Source: Roseibacillus sp.
GTDB taxonomy: Bacteria; Verrucomicrobiota; Verrucomicrobiia; Verrucomicrobiales; Akkermansiaceae
DNA length: 64,000 nt
Assembly (NCBI GenBank): GCA_051251855.1
Contig: JBPOGI010000002.1
Coordinates: 320,001 to 384,000 of the forward strand
Direction of reading: 5' to 3'
Positions 17,649-27,678 of this stretch are shown one piece after another. How positions within the stretch are numbered: position 1 is the first letter of the stretch; each line of letters starts with the position of its first letter. A program made the translations under genes and the position numbers. The notes under the pieces are model-generated. The model saw nothing but the letters and a program-made list of their open reading frames with translations, had not been told where the DNA came from and made no database searches.

Positions 17649-19262
17649 CTATGATTCGGCCTTGCGGTGTTTTGGGAGTTTGGCCTTTTTGACAAGTGTC
17701 AGGAATTCTTTGCGGAAGCCGTTGGGGTCGTGGCTGAGGCCCGCCTTGGCCCATTGGCGAATGTTGCTGGGGGTGGTGATTCCCTTGTGGGTGGAGTCAC
17801 GGAGCAGCATGCCAAAGGCGGCCACGGAGGAGGCAAACTGGAATTCGTCGGAGGCTTTTTGGAAGGGGTTTCCGCTGTCGCTGATGGGGACGGTTTGGAG
17901 TTTGCTGCGAGTCGAGGTGGGAGCTTTATGGCGGACTTTGAGGGTGAAGAGTTGGCCGGTGGTTTGGGGTTGAGGCTCGATTTCGTAGAGGGCGGTGACG
18001 CGGTGGCCGGCTCCCATTTCTCCGGCGTCCTTGCGATCGTTGTCGAAGTCCTCGGTGGCGAGGAGACGGGTTTCGTAACCGACAAGGCGGTAGCTTTTGA
18101 CTTTGGCGGGGTCGAAGACGACTTGGATTTTCACGTCTTTGGCAACGATTTGGAGGGTGGCTCCGAGTTGGGTGACGAGAACTTTTTTGGCTTCTAAGAG
18201 GGAGTCGATGTAGGCGGCTTGGCCATTTCCGTTTTGCGCCAACGTTTGCATGGTGTCGTCGCGGTGGTTGCTCATGCCAAATCCGAGAGCGGTGAGGGAG
18301 ATGCCGTTTTGGGCTTCTTTCTTGATAAGGGCTTTCAGCTGCTCTTGGTCGCTGATCCCGACGTTGAAGTCCCCGTCGGTGGCGAGAATGATGCGATTGA
18401 TTTTTTCGGATCGAAATTGTTTGCTCGCAATTTGGTAGGCTTTTTTGAGCCCGCCTTCGCCGTTAGTGGAACCGCCTGCACTGAGGTCTTCGAGGGTGCG
18501 CAGGATGCGGTTACGTTCCGAACAAGGAGTTGAAGGGAGGGCGACCCGCTCTTCGCCGGCATAAGTGACGATGGCGACGCGGTCGCGGTCATCGAGTTGA
18601 TCAAGGAGGAGACGAAAGGATTTTTTAAGGAGAGGAAGCTTGGAGGGGGAGTCCATCGAGCCAGAGACATCGAGTAAGAAGACGAGGTTAGCAGGCGGGC
18701 GTTCGATGGAGGGGACTTCGGCGGCTCGGAGTCCGATGAGAGCGAGTCGGTTGGTGGGTTGCCAAGGACAGCTTGCGACCTCGGCGGTGATGGCGAAGGG
18801 AGCATTGCCTTGGGGTAGGGGATAGTTGTAGTCGAAGTAGTTGACCATCTCCTCAATGCGGACGGCGCTGGCGGGTGGGACCTGCTTGGCTTTGAGGTGG
18901 CTTCGAAGATTGGAGTAGGAGGCGGTGTCGACATCGACCGAGAAGGTGGAGGTGTTTTCTTTGTGGGTGGCGATGAAGGGGCTTTCTTGGAGTTTCGGGT
19001 AGGATTGGCTTTGTGGGGAGAATTTTGAAGAAGCTCGGTTGGGATTGTTGAGCACTGAGTCGATGGAGTTCTGAGTGATGGCAAAATCACCTGACCGCAA
19101 TCCTGCAGTGGCGCTGCCGCTTGCACTCGACATGCTGTAGGCTGGGGCACCAACGGTGACGGATGGGACTACAGAGGCGCCTTTGGCGAAGCGATGGTTG
19201 TTTGTTTGTGAGCAGCCAGCGACACAGAGAAAGGCGAAAAGCGGCCAAGAACGTTCGGTCAT
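17649..19262 (-). CDS. YfbK-like vWA domain lipoprotein (vWF_A, DUF3520)
   Basis: Lipobox VAGC; STFSVDVDTASY, RIEEMVNYF, DVSGSM, TDGDFNVG, DAGEMGAGH. Confidence 0.9.
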   Translation of the reverse strand: MTERSWPLFAFLCVAGCSQTNNHRFAKGASVVPSVTVGAPAYSMSSASGSATAGLRSGDFAITQNSIDSVLNNPNRASSKFSPQSQSYPKLQESPFIATHKENTSTFSVDVDTASYSNLRSHLKAKQVPPASAVRIEEMVNYFDYNYPLPQGNAPFAITAEVASCPWQPTNRLALIGLRAAEVPSIERPPANLVFLLDVSGSMDSPSKLPLLKKSFRLLLDQLDDRDRVAIVTYAGEERVALPSTPCSERNRILRTLEDLSAGGSTNGEGGLKKAYQIASKQFRSEKINRIILATDGDFNVGISDQEQLKALIKKEAQNGISLTALGFGMSNHRDDTMQTLAQNGNGQAAYIDSLLEAKKVLVTQLGATLQIVAKDVKIQVVFDPAKVKSYRLVGYETRLLATEDFDNDRKDAGEMGAGHRVTALYEIEPQPQTTGQLFTLKVRHKAPTSTRSKLQTVPISDSGNPFQKASDEFQFASSVAAFGMLLRDSTHKGITTPSNIRQWAKAGLSHDPNGFRKEFLTLVKKAKLPKHRKAES

Positions 19263-19448
19263 GGCTAGGAAACTAGCATTTCGAATCGGGGTTAAAAGCT
19301 AAAAATGTAGCATTTTAAAGTGAGAGGTCTGGAGAGGCTGGTAGTTTTGGATGACTGCTCGGCCTCAGAGCTTAGCGAGTTCGTGGGTCACCTTTCGCGC
19401 TTCGGGCTTGCATGAGGGGCGGGGGAATGGTTTTTCAGCTGGAGAAAG

Positions 19449-21329
19449 ATGGCAGACGAGAAACAGCGGAAGACTTTGGAAGAGCGGCATGGAATGTCGG
19501 ACTTGGAGCGATTGCGGCATTCCTGCGCCCATGTTTTGGCGACGGCAATTGCGCGGATTTGGCCGGATGTGCAGTTTGCGGCGGGGCCTCCGGTTGATGG
19601 TGGCTTCTATTACGATATGCTGCTGGAGCACCGGATTTCGCCGGACGACTTCGAGAAGATCGAGGCCGAGATGAAGAAGATCGTGAAGGAGAACCAGACT
19701 TTCGAGCGTATGGTGGTTTCTCGCGATGAGGCGATGGTGATGGCGAAAAGTGGTCGCTTGGCCGCCAATGGCGAGCGGGAGGTGGAGTCGACGTTCAAGG
19801 TCGATTTGCTGGATAGCATTCCCGAGGGCGAGGAGATTTCGATTTTTAAGAATGGCGACTTTTGGGACCTCTGCGCGGGGCCTCACGTGGGCCGGACGGG
19901 CAATTGCAAGGCTCACAAGCTGATGAGCGTGGCCAGTGCCTTTTATAAGGGGGATAAGGATAATCCTCAGTTGCAGCGGATTTACGGAACGTGTTTTCCT
20001 AATAAGACGCAGCTGACTGAGCATTTGGAGCGTCTCGAGGAGGCGAAGAAGCGTGACCACCGTAAGTTGGGCAAAGAGTTGGGTCTCTTTACTTTCGACG
20101 AGATGGTGGGGCAGGGCTTGCCGCTTTGGAAGCCGAAGGGTGGTCTCGTGCGCCGTGGGTTGCAGGACTTTATTACCGAGGAGTTGGACAAGCAGGGTTA
20201 CTCGCAGGTCTTTACCCCGCATATTGGTAAGCTGGATCTTTATCGTACGAGTGGGCACTTTCCTTATTACGAGGACAGCCAGTTTCCACCGATGGCGGAG
20301 CGCGATGTTTGGGAAAAGCTCGCCGATGAGAAGGCGGATTGCGGCACTTTGCTGAATGGTCTGCGCACGGGCGAGTTCGAGGGGTTCATGCTGAAGCCGA
20401 TGAATTGTCCTCATCACATCAAGATTTATGGCAGCGACCGTCACAGTTACCGCGACCTGCCGGTTCGTTTGGCGGAGTTCGGGACGGTATATCGCTGGGA
20501 GCAAAGTGGTGAGTTGGGTGGCCTGACTCGGGTGCGGAGCTTTACTCAGGACGATGCGCATATTTTCTGCACCCCGGACCAGGTGGCGGCCGAGATTCAG
20601 GGATGCTTGGGTCTTGTGAAAAAGGTTCTCGGGACTCTAGGAATGGAGGATTACACGGTGCGTTTGTCGCTTCGGGATCCGGATTCGGACAAGTATATTG
20701 GGGAGCCTGAGAATTGGGACAAAGCCGAGGATGCTTTGCGTGAGGCGGTCAAGGTAATGGGCGTGGAGGCGATTGAGGAGCCCGGCGAGGCGGCTTTCTA
20801 CGGTCCTAAGATTGATTTTGTGGTGAAAGATGTCATCGGACGTGAGTGGCAGCTGGGCACGGTGCAAGTGGACTACAATTTGCCTGAGCGTTTCGACCTT
20901 TCCTATATTGGAAGCGACAACAAGCCGCACCGTCCAGTGATGATTCACCGAGCGCCGTTTGGTTCGCTGGAACGCTTTACGGGACTGCTTATTGAGCACT
21001 TTGAGGGGAAGTTCCCGACGTGGCTTTCTCCGGAGCAGGTGAGGGTGTTGCCTATCTCTCAGCAATTTAACGATGAGGCCCAAAAGGTGGTCGACAAGCT
21101 GGCGGCGATTGGGGTTCGAGTGAAGCTGGACGGCAGTGGCGACAAGGTGGGGGCCAAAATTCGTCTTGCGAGGCTAGATCGAGTGCCCTATATGTTGGTC
21201 TTAGGCGCACGTGAGATTGAAAATAATCAAGTGAGCGTTCGCCACCGGGACCGCGAGGATCTCGGAACCCAATCGGTGGATGACTTTGTTGCTAGCATAC
21301 AAAAAGAAATTTCGGAGCGGTCGCTTTGA
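19449..21329 (+). CDS. thrS: Threonine--tRNA ligase
   Basis: RHSCAH, DLCAGPH, RDHRKLG, KPMNCPHH, AFYGPKID, HRAPFGSLERF. Confidence 0.98.
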   Translation: MADEKQRKTLEERHGMSDLERLRHSCAHVLATAIARIWPDVQFAAGPPVDGGFYYDMLLEHRISPDDFEKIEAEMKKIVKENQTFERMVVSRDEAMVMAKSGRLAANGEREVESTFKVDLLDSIPEGEEISIFKNGDFWDLCAGPHVGRTGNCKAHKLMSVASAFYKGDKDNPQLQRIYGTCFPNKTQLTEHLERLEEAKKRDHRKLGKELGLFTFDEMVGQGLPLWKPKGGLVRRGLQDFITEELDKQGYSQVFTPHIGKLDLYRTSGHFPYYEDSQFPPMAERDVWEKLADEKADCGTLLNGLRTGEFEGFMLKPMNCPHHIKIYGSDRHSYRDLPVRLAEFGTVYRWEQSGELGGLTRVRSFTQDDAHIFCTPDQVAAEIQGCLGLVKKVLGTLGMEDYTVRLSLRDPDSDKYIGEPENWDKAEDALREAVKVMGVEAIEEPGEAAFYGPKIDFVVKDVIGREWQLGTVQVDYNLPERFDLSYIGSDNKPHRPVMIHRAPFGSLERFTGLLIEHFEGKFPTWLSPEQVRVLPISQQFNDEAQKVVDKLAAIGVRVKLDGSGDKVGAKIRLARLDRVPYMLVLGAREIENNQVSVRHRDREDLGTQSVDDFVASIQKEISERSL

Positions 21330-21470
21330 CCGTGCCAACCACCTTCGCGCTCAACGATGAACCCTGTTTCGTCAGTGGCGCTTGCCTTTCGAAACCAGCC
21401 AGGAGGCAATTTTCTCGAAATGAGGAACACTTTCTGCGGTTTTAAAAACTGAACCAAAACCACAAAAGCC

Positions 21471-22289
21471 ATAGCTAAGAAAAAGAGACCGAAAAGACAG
21501 CGGAGAGAAATCATCCGGATTAACGACAAGATCCGCGCCAACCGAGTGCGTGTGCTTGCCCCCGATGGAGCTCAGCTGGGAGTGATGGACCTGCGTGATG
21601 CCGTGAAGGCCGCGAAAGAGAGAGGTCTCACTTTGGTAGAAGTGGCCGGCAAGGTTGACCCACCTGTTTGTCGAATCGTCGACTATGGTAAGTGGCGTTA
21701 CGATCAGTCTAAGCTGAAGAAGAAGAAGGACATCACTGCCAAGATGAAGGAAGTGAAGTTCCGAGTCCGGACTGAGGAGCATGACTACAACATTAAGATG
21801 GGTCGTCTTGAGGAGTTCTTGGATGCTGGTTTTAAGGTCCGGGTGCAGCTTCAGTTCCGTGGTCGTGAAAACGCGCACAAAGAATTGGGAGTCGTTGTTC
21901 TGAAGAAGGTGAAGGAGGACGCTAAGTTGATGGGTCATTGCGATCAAGAGCCTCGCATTGCGGGTCGTGCGGTCAACATGGTGCTCTCACCGCTGCCGAA
22001 AGGTCAGCGCAAGCGCCGCTTCAAACTGATTCATGGTGATCTCATCGATCCTGATGAAGATTACGAGGATGATGACGACGATTTCGAAGAGGACGAGCAC
22101 GAGGAGGGAGTCGCTGAGGCTTCTGATGTGCCCGCGCCTGACGACGCTTCTGATGAGGCGGAAGAGCCAAAGTCTGAGAAGGCAGAGGAGTCCAAGGCTG
22201 AAAAGGCTAAGGAGTCCAAGGCTGAAAAGGCTAAGGAGCCAAAGCCTGAGAAAGCAGTGAAGCCAAAGTCTGAGAAAGAAAAAGACTAG
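21471..22289 (+). CDS. infC: Translation initiation factor IF-3 with long acidic/repeat C-terminal tail; probable ATA start
   Basis: IRINDKIRA lies upstream of the GTG in the ORF track; ATA at 21471 is in frame, bounded by TGA at 21450; PPVCRIVDYGK, KEVKFR, FRGRE. Confidence 0.93.
   Translation: MAKKKRPKRQRREIIRINDKIRANRVRVLAPDGAQLGVMDLRDAVKAAKERGLTLVEVAGKVDPPVCRIVDYGKWRYDQSKLKKKKDITAKMKEVKFRVRTEEHDYNIKMGRLEEFLDAGFKVRVQLQFRGRENAHKELGVVVLKKVKEDAKLMGHCDQEPRIAGRAVNMVLSPLPKGQRKRRFKLIHGDLIDPDEDYEDDDDDFEEDEHEEGVAEASDVPAPDDASDEAEEPKSEKAEESKAEKAKESKAEKAKEPKPEKAVKPKSEKEKD
22164..22283 (+). repeat. Five 24-bp tandem repeats in the infC 3' end
   Basis: GAGTCCAAGGCTGAAAAGGCTAAG twice exactly (22188-22235) plus three variants; encodes (E/K)(P/S)KxEKxx. 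Confidence 0.9.
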
Positions 22290-22305
22290 AGAAACGATTT
22301 GCTAG

Positions 22306-22353
22306 ATGTCATTGGACTGTGAGCTTTTGCTTGGTCCAATGGCATTTTTTTTT
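22306..22353 (+). terminator. Intrinsic terminator after infC
   Basis: ATGTCATTGGAC...GTCCAATGGCAT followed by a T run. Confidence 0.85.
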
Positions 22354-22406
22354 GGTAGGCAGGGCGCGCTGACGCTCGTGGTTTGCTGGGAACCTTAACT
22401 TTTGAA

Positions 22407-23093
22407 ATGATGGAAGAACGACTACTCCTTTTTGATATTGATGGCACTCTTGTGGATACGGGTGGGGCGGGGATGGCGGCGCTGGTGGATGCTACTCGCG
22501 AAGTTTTTGGGGATGATGGGCCAAAGTTGGACTTGGCGGGTGCCACTGACAGCGGGCTTTTGAAGAATATCTACCGAGCCTTTGATCGAGAAGAAGATGA
22601 GGCAACGACGGCTCGGTTTTTTGACCTTTACCTTGCGAGGCTGGAGTTGAATTTGGGGAATACCTGCTTTTCTGGATGCGCGCTGGAGGGGGTGGTTTCG
22701 ATTTTAAAAGAAGTGGAGGCGGCGGGAGTTTGCAAAGGACTTCTTACGGGAAACATCGCTGCTGGTGCAGAGGTGAAGATGAGGCACTACGGCATGGATG
22801 GATTCTTTGCTTTCGGAGCCTATGGCGATGATCACCATGATCGGAACAAGCTCGGACCTATTGCGCTGGAGCGGGCGAAGGGGGTGGCTGGAAGGGGTTT
22901 CCAGGGGCAGCACGCGATTGTGGTGGGAGATACTCCGAAGGATATTTGGTGCGCACAGGCGTTTGACGCGAAGTCGGTTTGTGTGGCAACGGGGAGCTTT
23001 ACCGCCGAGCAGTTAGAGGCTGAGGGGGCGGATGTGGTGTTCGAGGATTTCTCGAATGTTGAGGCGGTGCTGGCGGAGTTGTTGGAGCGTTGA
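22407..23093 (+). CDS. HAD-superfamily hydrolase (phosphoglycolate-phosphatase-like)
   Basis: FDIDGTLV, LLTGN, VGDTPKD. Confidence 0.9.
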   Translation: MMEERLLLFDIDGTLVDTGGAGMAALVDATREVFGDDGPKLDLAGATDSGLLKNIYRAFDREEDEATTARFFDLYLARLELNLGNTCFSGCALEGVVSILKEVEAAGVCKGLLTGNIAAGAEVKMRHYGMDGFFAFGAYGDDHHDRNKLGPIALERAKGVAGRGFQGQHAIVVGDTPKDIWCAQAFDAKSVCVATGSFTAEQLEAEGADVVFEDFSNVEAVLAELLER

Positions 23094-23169
23094 CTTAAGT
23101 CGTCGAAGGGGTGGCTAGTTTGCGGGAGAGGGTGATCAAGTTGGCTTTGGACGACTGAAGTTGACCCTC

Positions 23170-23934
<765 letters not shown>

Positions 23935-23940
23935 GGCGGA

Positions 23941-24927
23941 CTATTTTTTGCCTTTGTATTCGAAGGAGCGGCCTTCGGCTTCGTCTTTGCCGGGGAAGTC
24001 CTTAGGAATCTCTTGGGTGACTTGTCCGCTGGCAGCCCACTCGGAACCACGCAGGAAGGTGACGATGAATCCGACGCCTTCGAAGGCTTCGGTATCGTGT
24101 CCGAGGGTGGTGTGAAAGACGCGACCTTTGCCGTAGTCGATGGTCATGAGGATAGGTTCGTTGCGGCCTTCTTTTTGCAGGGCAGGGGTGTCGGCTGCGG
24201 TGGCGAGGATGGTCATGTTTTCACCGGGTCCGCGAAGCTTGGAGTAGCACTCGTCTTTGCTGTGCATCCAGAAGTCGGGGAGGCCTTTGGTGATAGGGTG
24301 GTCCTTGACACGCATGGTGATCAGGAACTCGGACTGGGGTCCGTGGTGTCCACACTTACCTTCGCTCTCGTCACGGACGATATTGCCGTCGGCATCGTAG
24401 TAGACGTAGGGTCCGTGCTTTTCGTTGCGTCCGCCCCAGCCGCCGAGGCCGATCATTTTGTTGAACTCAGGCCAATCAGCCCAGCTGTTGTTGGCGGCAT
24501 GTACGATGGAGAGTCCGCCGCCGTTGTTCATGTATTCTTCGAGATTACGCTTGGTCTTTTCAGGCCAACCAGCGGCATTGTAACCGAAGTTACTGACGAC
24601 GAGGTCATACTGGGAGAAGTCAGGGTCAAAATTTGGATCGGCTTTGGGCTTTTTGAGGCCTTCCCATTCACCGGTTCCGGCGTATTCTAGCCACTTTTCC
24701 TCGCGCTCGTGCTTCCAGAGGAATTTGGTGCGCTCGATATCCACTTCGAAGAGGCCGGTTTCTTCGAGATACTGCTTCATCATGATGGTGGACTTGGGCC
24801 AGACCGCGTGGTTGTTTTGACCGTCGACGATGAGAGCTTTGAGCTTCTCTGCTGCGGTGAGGGGGGCGGCCAGCGCGCAGAGGGTTGCGGTAAAAGTAAG
24901 GATGTTCTTCATGTTGATAGAATTCAA
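23941..24927 (-). CDS. ThuA domain secreted protein
   Basis: LIVDGQNNH, GGGL..VHAANN, DECY, GKGRVFHTTLGH. Confidence 0.88.
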   Translation of the reverse strand: MNSINMKNILTFTATLCALAAPLTAAEKLKALIVDGQNNHAVWPKSTIMMKQYLEETGLFEVDIERTKFLWKHEREEKWLEYAGTGEWEGLKKPKADPNFDPDFSQYDLVVSNFGYNAAGWPEKTKRNLEEYMNNGGGLSIVHAANNSWADWPEFNKMIGLGGWGGRNEKHGPYVYYDADGNIVRDESEGKCGHHGPQSEFLITMRVKDHPITKGLPDFWMHSKDECYSKLRGPGENMTILATAADTPALQKEGRNEPILMTIDYGKGRVFHTTLGHDTEAFEGVGFIVTFLRGSEWAASGQVTQEIPKDFPGKDEAEGRSFEYKGKK

Positions 24928-25025
24928 ACAGGGAACGGTCGCACGAAAAGGAATATTTCGAGTTCTGCGGAATTCGGCATCGTTTTTGCCAAAAGGGATT
25001 GGTAAGCGGGCTACTGCTGAAAGCT

Positions 25026-25352
25026 TCAGCTGCGTTTCTTTTTACGACCAGTCTTGTCGCGAGCGGCGAGCTGTTTTTCTCGGGCCAAGAAGCGGGGGAG
25101 GAGTTTTTCCTCGATCCAGTCGAATCCTGCTTGAAGCCCCTGTTCGTCGTAGACACGGCCGATTTCGGCTTCTACTGAGGTGGGGTTGCCTTGGAAGCGA
25201 AGGAAATCATTCGATGTGAAGCGGATGAAGGCTTGCCCGTCGAGGCCTTCGCCTTTGGCGAGAATCCATTTGCGGACATAGAGGGCGAGGACTGCATCCC
25301 CGATCCAAGCTTCTTCGCGCTCCTTGGTGAGCGCGTCTTCGTCAACTTTCAT
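25026..25352 (-). CDS. Minimal RNase III-domain protein (Mini-III-like)
   Basis: AWIGDAVLALYVR and TSVEAEIG; no dsRBD. Confidence 0.75.
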   Translation of the reverse strand: MKVDEDALTKEREEAWIGDAVLALYVRKWILAKGEGLDGQAFIRFTSNDFLRFQGNPTSVEAEIGRVYDEQGLQAGFDWIEEKLLPRFLAREKQLAARDKTGRKKKRS

Positions 25353-25969
25353 GAGCCGGAGGTCGCGTCTTGTGCTTCCATTTTTGAGCGGAGTTTTTTC
25401 TCCGAGCTTTGGTCCCAGAAGCCACTATCGAGTTCGATAAAGATGGAGGAATAGGGGAGGGCGGTCTTGGTTTTGATGACTAAGACGGCAAAGGTTTTGG
25501 AGTCGTCTTCGAGTACGACGGAAAGGTAACGGTATTGGAAGTCGCGAATCTCATGGCCGCGAAGGGCTTGGGTGATATTGGCGCGATAGGTGTCGATTCC
25601 TGGCGCGGCGTCGTTCTCGACAAAACCGAGTTCGCGCGTGCGGTAGAACACGGGGGTGACATGTTGCTGACTCTCGAGGACGTCGATCACTCCGCTGAGG
25701 ACTTCAGGGATTTCTTTGTCCACAAGGAGGGTGCGCACTCCGCGGCGGGTATGAAGGGGAAAGGATTCGTCGGCGATGACAATCCAATTGCGGTTGCCAA
25801 GGGCTCGGACTTCGCGAACGAGACCGGGGTCCAGTTCTTCGTATTGTTCACCCTGTTTCTTCCCCAATACGCCGCAACCTGACAAAAAAAGGGAGGTTAG
25901 AAGGATGGTGATGGAGAGAAGGGAGCGCACGTCAAGAGGGGATAGTAGGAGGGGATGCTCGAAAGTCAA
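25349..25969 (-). CDS. RbsD/FucU-like lipoprotein
   Basis: Lipobox LSGC; LGNRNWIVIAD..FP; KT.TALPYSSIFIELD. Confidence 0.75.
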   Translation of the reverse strand: MTFEHPLLLSPLDVRSLLSITILLTSLFLSGCGVLGKKQGEQYEELDPGLVREVRALGNRNWIVIADESFPLHTRRGVRTLLVDKEIPEVLSGVIDVLESQQHVTPVFYRTRELGFVENDAAPGIDTYRANITQALRGHEIRDFQYRYLSVVLEDDSKTFAVLVIKTKTALPYSSIFIELDSGFWDQSSEKKLRSKMEAQDATSGS

Positions 25970-26021
25970 TTCGTGTAAATGCCTTTCATCTTTCAGAAAG
26001 CCTAAGAATCAGTTGTCTAGG

Positions 26022-27548
26022 TTACATCATTTGGGCGCCGGCTTCGGCGAGGGGGCTTCGTTCGCCTCGGCTGAGGGAGACGTGAGCAACGAAAGGTTGG
26101 CCTTTGAGGCGTTTACGCGTGTAGACGAGGCCGTTGCTGCGGCTATCTACATAAGGGTTGTCGATTTGGGCGGGGTCGCCCACGAGGACGAGCTTGGAGC
26201 CGCGGGACATCCGAGTGACGATGGTTTTGGCTTCTTGAGGGGTGAGTTGCTGGGCTTCGTCGAGAACGAAGAAGCGATTGGGGATGGAGCGTCCGCGAAT
26301 GTAGGCGAGGGCCTCGACTTCGATAATGCCTTGCTCGATGAGTTGGTCGTATGGCTTGCGGCCGGCCTCGGTGGCGGGTTCGGGTTTACTTTGCTTTCGC
26401 TTGGGGCCTTTGGTGGCGGGGGGGACCATGAGAAGGTCGAGAGCGTCATAAACGGGCTGGAGCCAAGGACGCATTTTTTCCTCGAGGGTGCCGGGGAGAA
26501 AGCCCATCTGTTCGCCCATGGCGACGACGGGGCGGCTGATGGTGAGGCCGTTGTAGTTGCGGGCAAAGACTTCGCTGAGTCCGGCAGCGATGGCGACGAG
26601 GGTTTTTCCGGTTCCGGCTTGGCCGTAGCAGGTGACAAGTGAGATGTCGGGATTAAGAAGGGCGTCGATGAGGCACTTTTGCCCGAGATTGAGCGGCTTG
26701 AGATTGGTTCCGCCGGAGATGCGGATGCTCTCGGGGATGGCGAGGCGAACGAACTCGTTGCGGTCGTTGAGGCGGGCGGGCATGGTCTGCTTGGGGCCGG
26801 CTTCGAGAAGGACGTATTCGTTGGTGGCTACGAAATCGATTACTTCGGGGAGTTCCACGCTGCCGGAGCTGGCGAAGCGTTGCAGGTCGTTGGGGTCGAT
26901 TTCGATGCGGCGCAGGTCGTAGTTGGAGACTTCCTGAGGGTCGACCTTGTCGTTGAGGTAGTCATCGCACTCGATGCCTACGGCCTTGGCCTTCAATTGC
27001 ATGTTGAGGTCCTTGGTGACAACGACGACGGGTGGACTATTGAATTCAGCTACTAACAAGGCGGCGGCTAAAATACGGTGGTCAGCGCGACTGCGGTCGG
27101 GAAAGACGCGGAAGAATTGTTGCATTCTCTCGGTTGTTTTCCCGCAGAGGTTAGGGTCAAAAACAACGAGGCGAATGGAGCCTCCCCCAGTGGTGGGGAC
27201 GCCGGTGGTGGGGCTTTGTCCGTTGGAGAAAAGGGCAGTGAGGTCGCGATGAACCTGACGGGCGTTGGCTCCGCGCTCGCTTTGCTCGTTCTTAAATCGG
27301 TCGAGTTCGGAGAGCACGTCGGCTGGGAGGCAGACGTGGTTGTCTGCAAAGCGGTCGATGCAGCCGGGGTCGTGCAGCAGGACGTTGGTGTCGAGGACGA
27401 AGTTTTTTCCGTGTTCGGAGGGGGCAACGAATCCGAATTCGCGAGCTTTGGCCTTGGTCAGGCGAGGCGGGTTGGTGCCGGCGGGGAGATTGCTTGTGGG
27501 CGAGGCTTCATCAAGGAGTTGGATCTGCGATCCGTCAGCGGTCTGCAT
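26022..27548 (-). CDS. PIN-PhoH (PhoH2/YlaK-like) ATPase
   Basis: VLDTNVLLHDP, VTKD.NMQLKA, GQAGTGKT, IRGRS, DEAQ, GDPAQID. Confidence 0.93.
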   Translation of the reverse strand: MQTADGSQIQLLDEASPTSNLPAGTNPPRLTKAKAREFGFVAPSEHGKNFVLDTNVLLHDPGCIDRFADNHVCLPADVLSELDRFKNEQSERGANARQVHRDLTALFSNGQSPTTGVPTTGGGSIRLVVFDPNLCGKTTERMQQFFRVFPDRSRADHRILAAALLVAEFNSPPVVVVTKDLNMQLKAKAVGIECDDYLNDKVDPQEVSNYDLRRIEIDPNDLQRFASSGSVELPEVIDFVATNEYVLLEAGPKQTMPARLNDRNEFVRLAIPESIRISGGTNLKPLNLGQKCLIDALLNPDISLVTCYGQAGTGKTLVAIAAGLSEVFARNYNGLTISRPVVAMGEQMGFLPGTLEEKMRPWLQPVYDALDLLMVPPATKGPKRKQSKPEPATEAGRKPYDQLIEQGIIEVEALAYIRGRSIPNRFFVLDEAQQLTPQEAKTIVTRMSRGSKLVLVGDPAQIDNPYVDSRSNGLVYTRKRLKGQPFVAHVSLSRGERSPLAEAGAQMM

Positions 27549-27614
27549 AAGTGGTTTTTCCGAACAAGGGTGAAAGTGTAGGACTTAAAAAAAGCGCACA
27601 CGCAGGAACCCGCT

Positions 27615-27630
27615 AGCAAGGGAAGTGCCA
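27615..27630 (-). promoter_or_regulatory. Sigma-54 -24/-12 promoter
   Basis: TGGCAC-TTCCC-TTGCT, exact consensus, about 65 bp upstream of the PIN-PhoH start. Confidence 0.75.
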
Positions 27631-27678
27631 GTTCGAGTTGCTGCGACATACTTCTTAAAATTTTAGAGACCTCTATAG

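Noticed and set aside
22164..22283. Possible CRISPR-like repeats
   Set aside because: Head-to-tail in-frame coding repeats with no spacers and no cas genes.
24974..24992. GG-N10-GC sigma-54-like string upstream of the ThuA gene
   Set aside because: It matches weakly in both orientations and is too degenerate to call.
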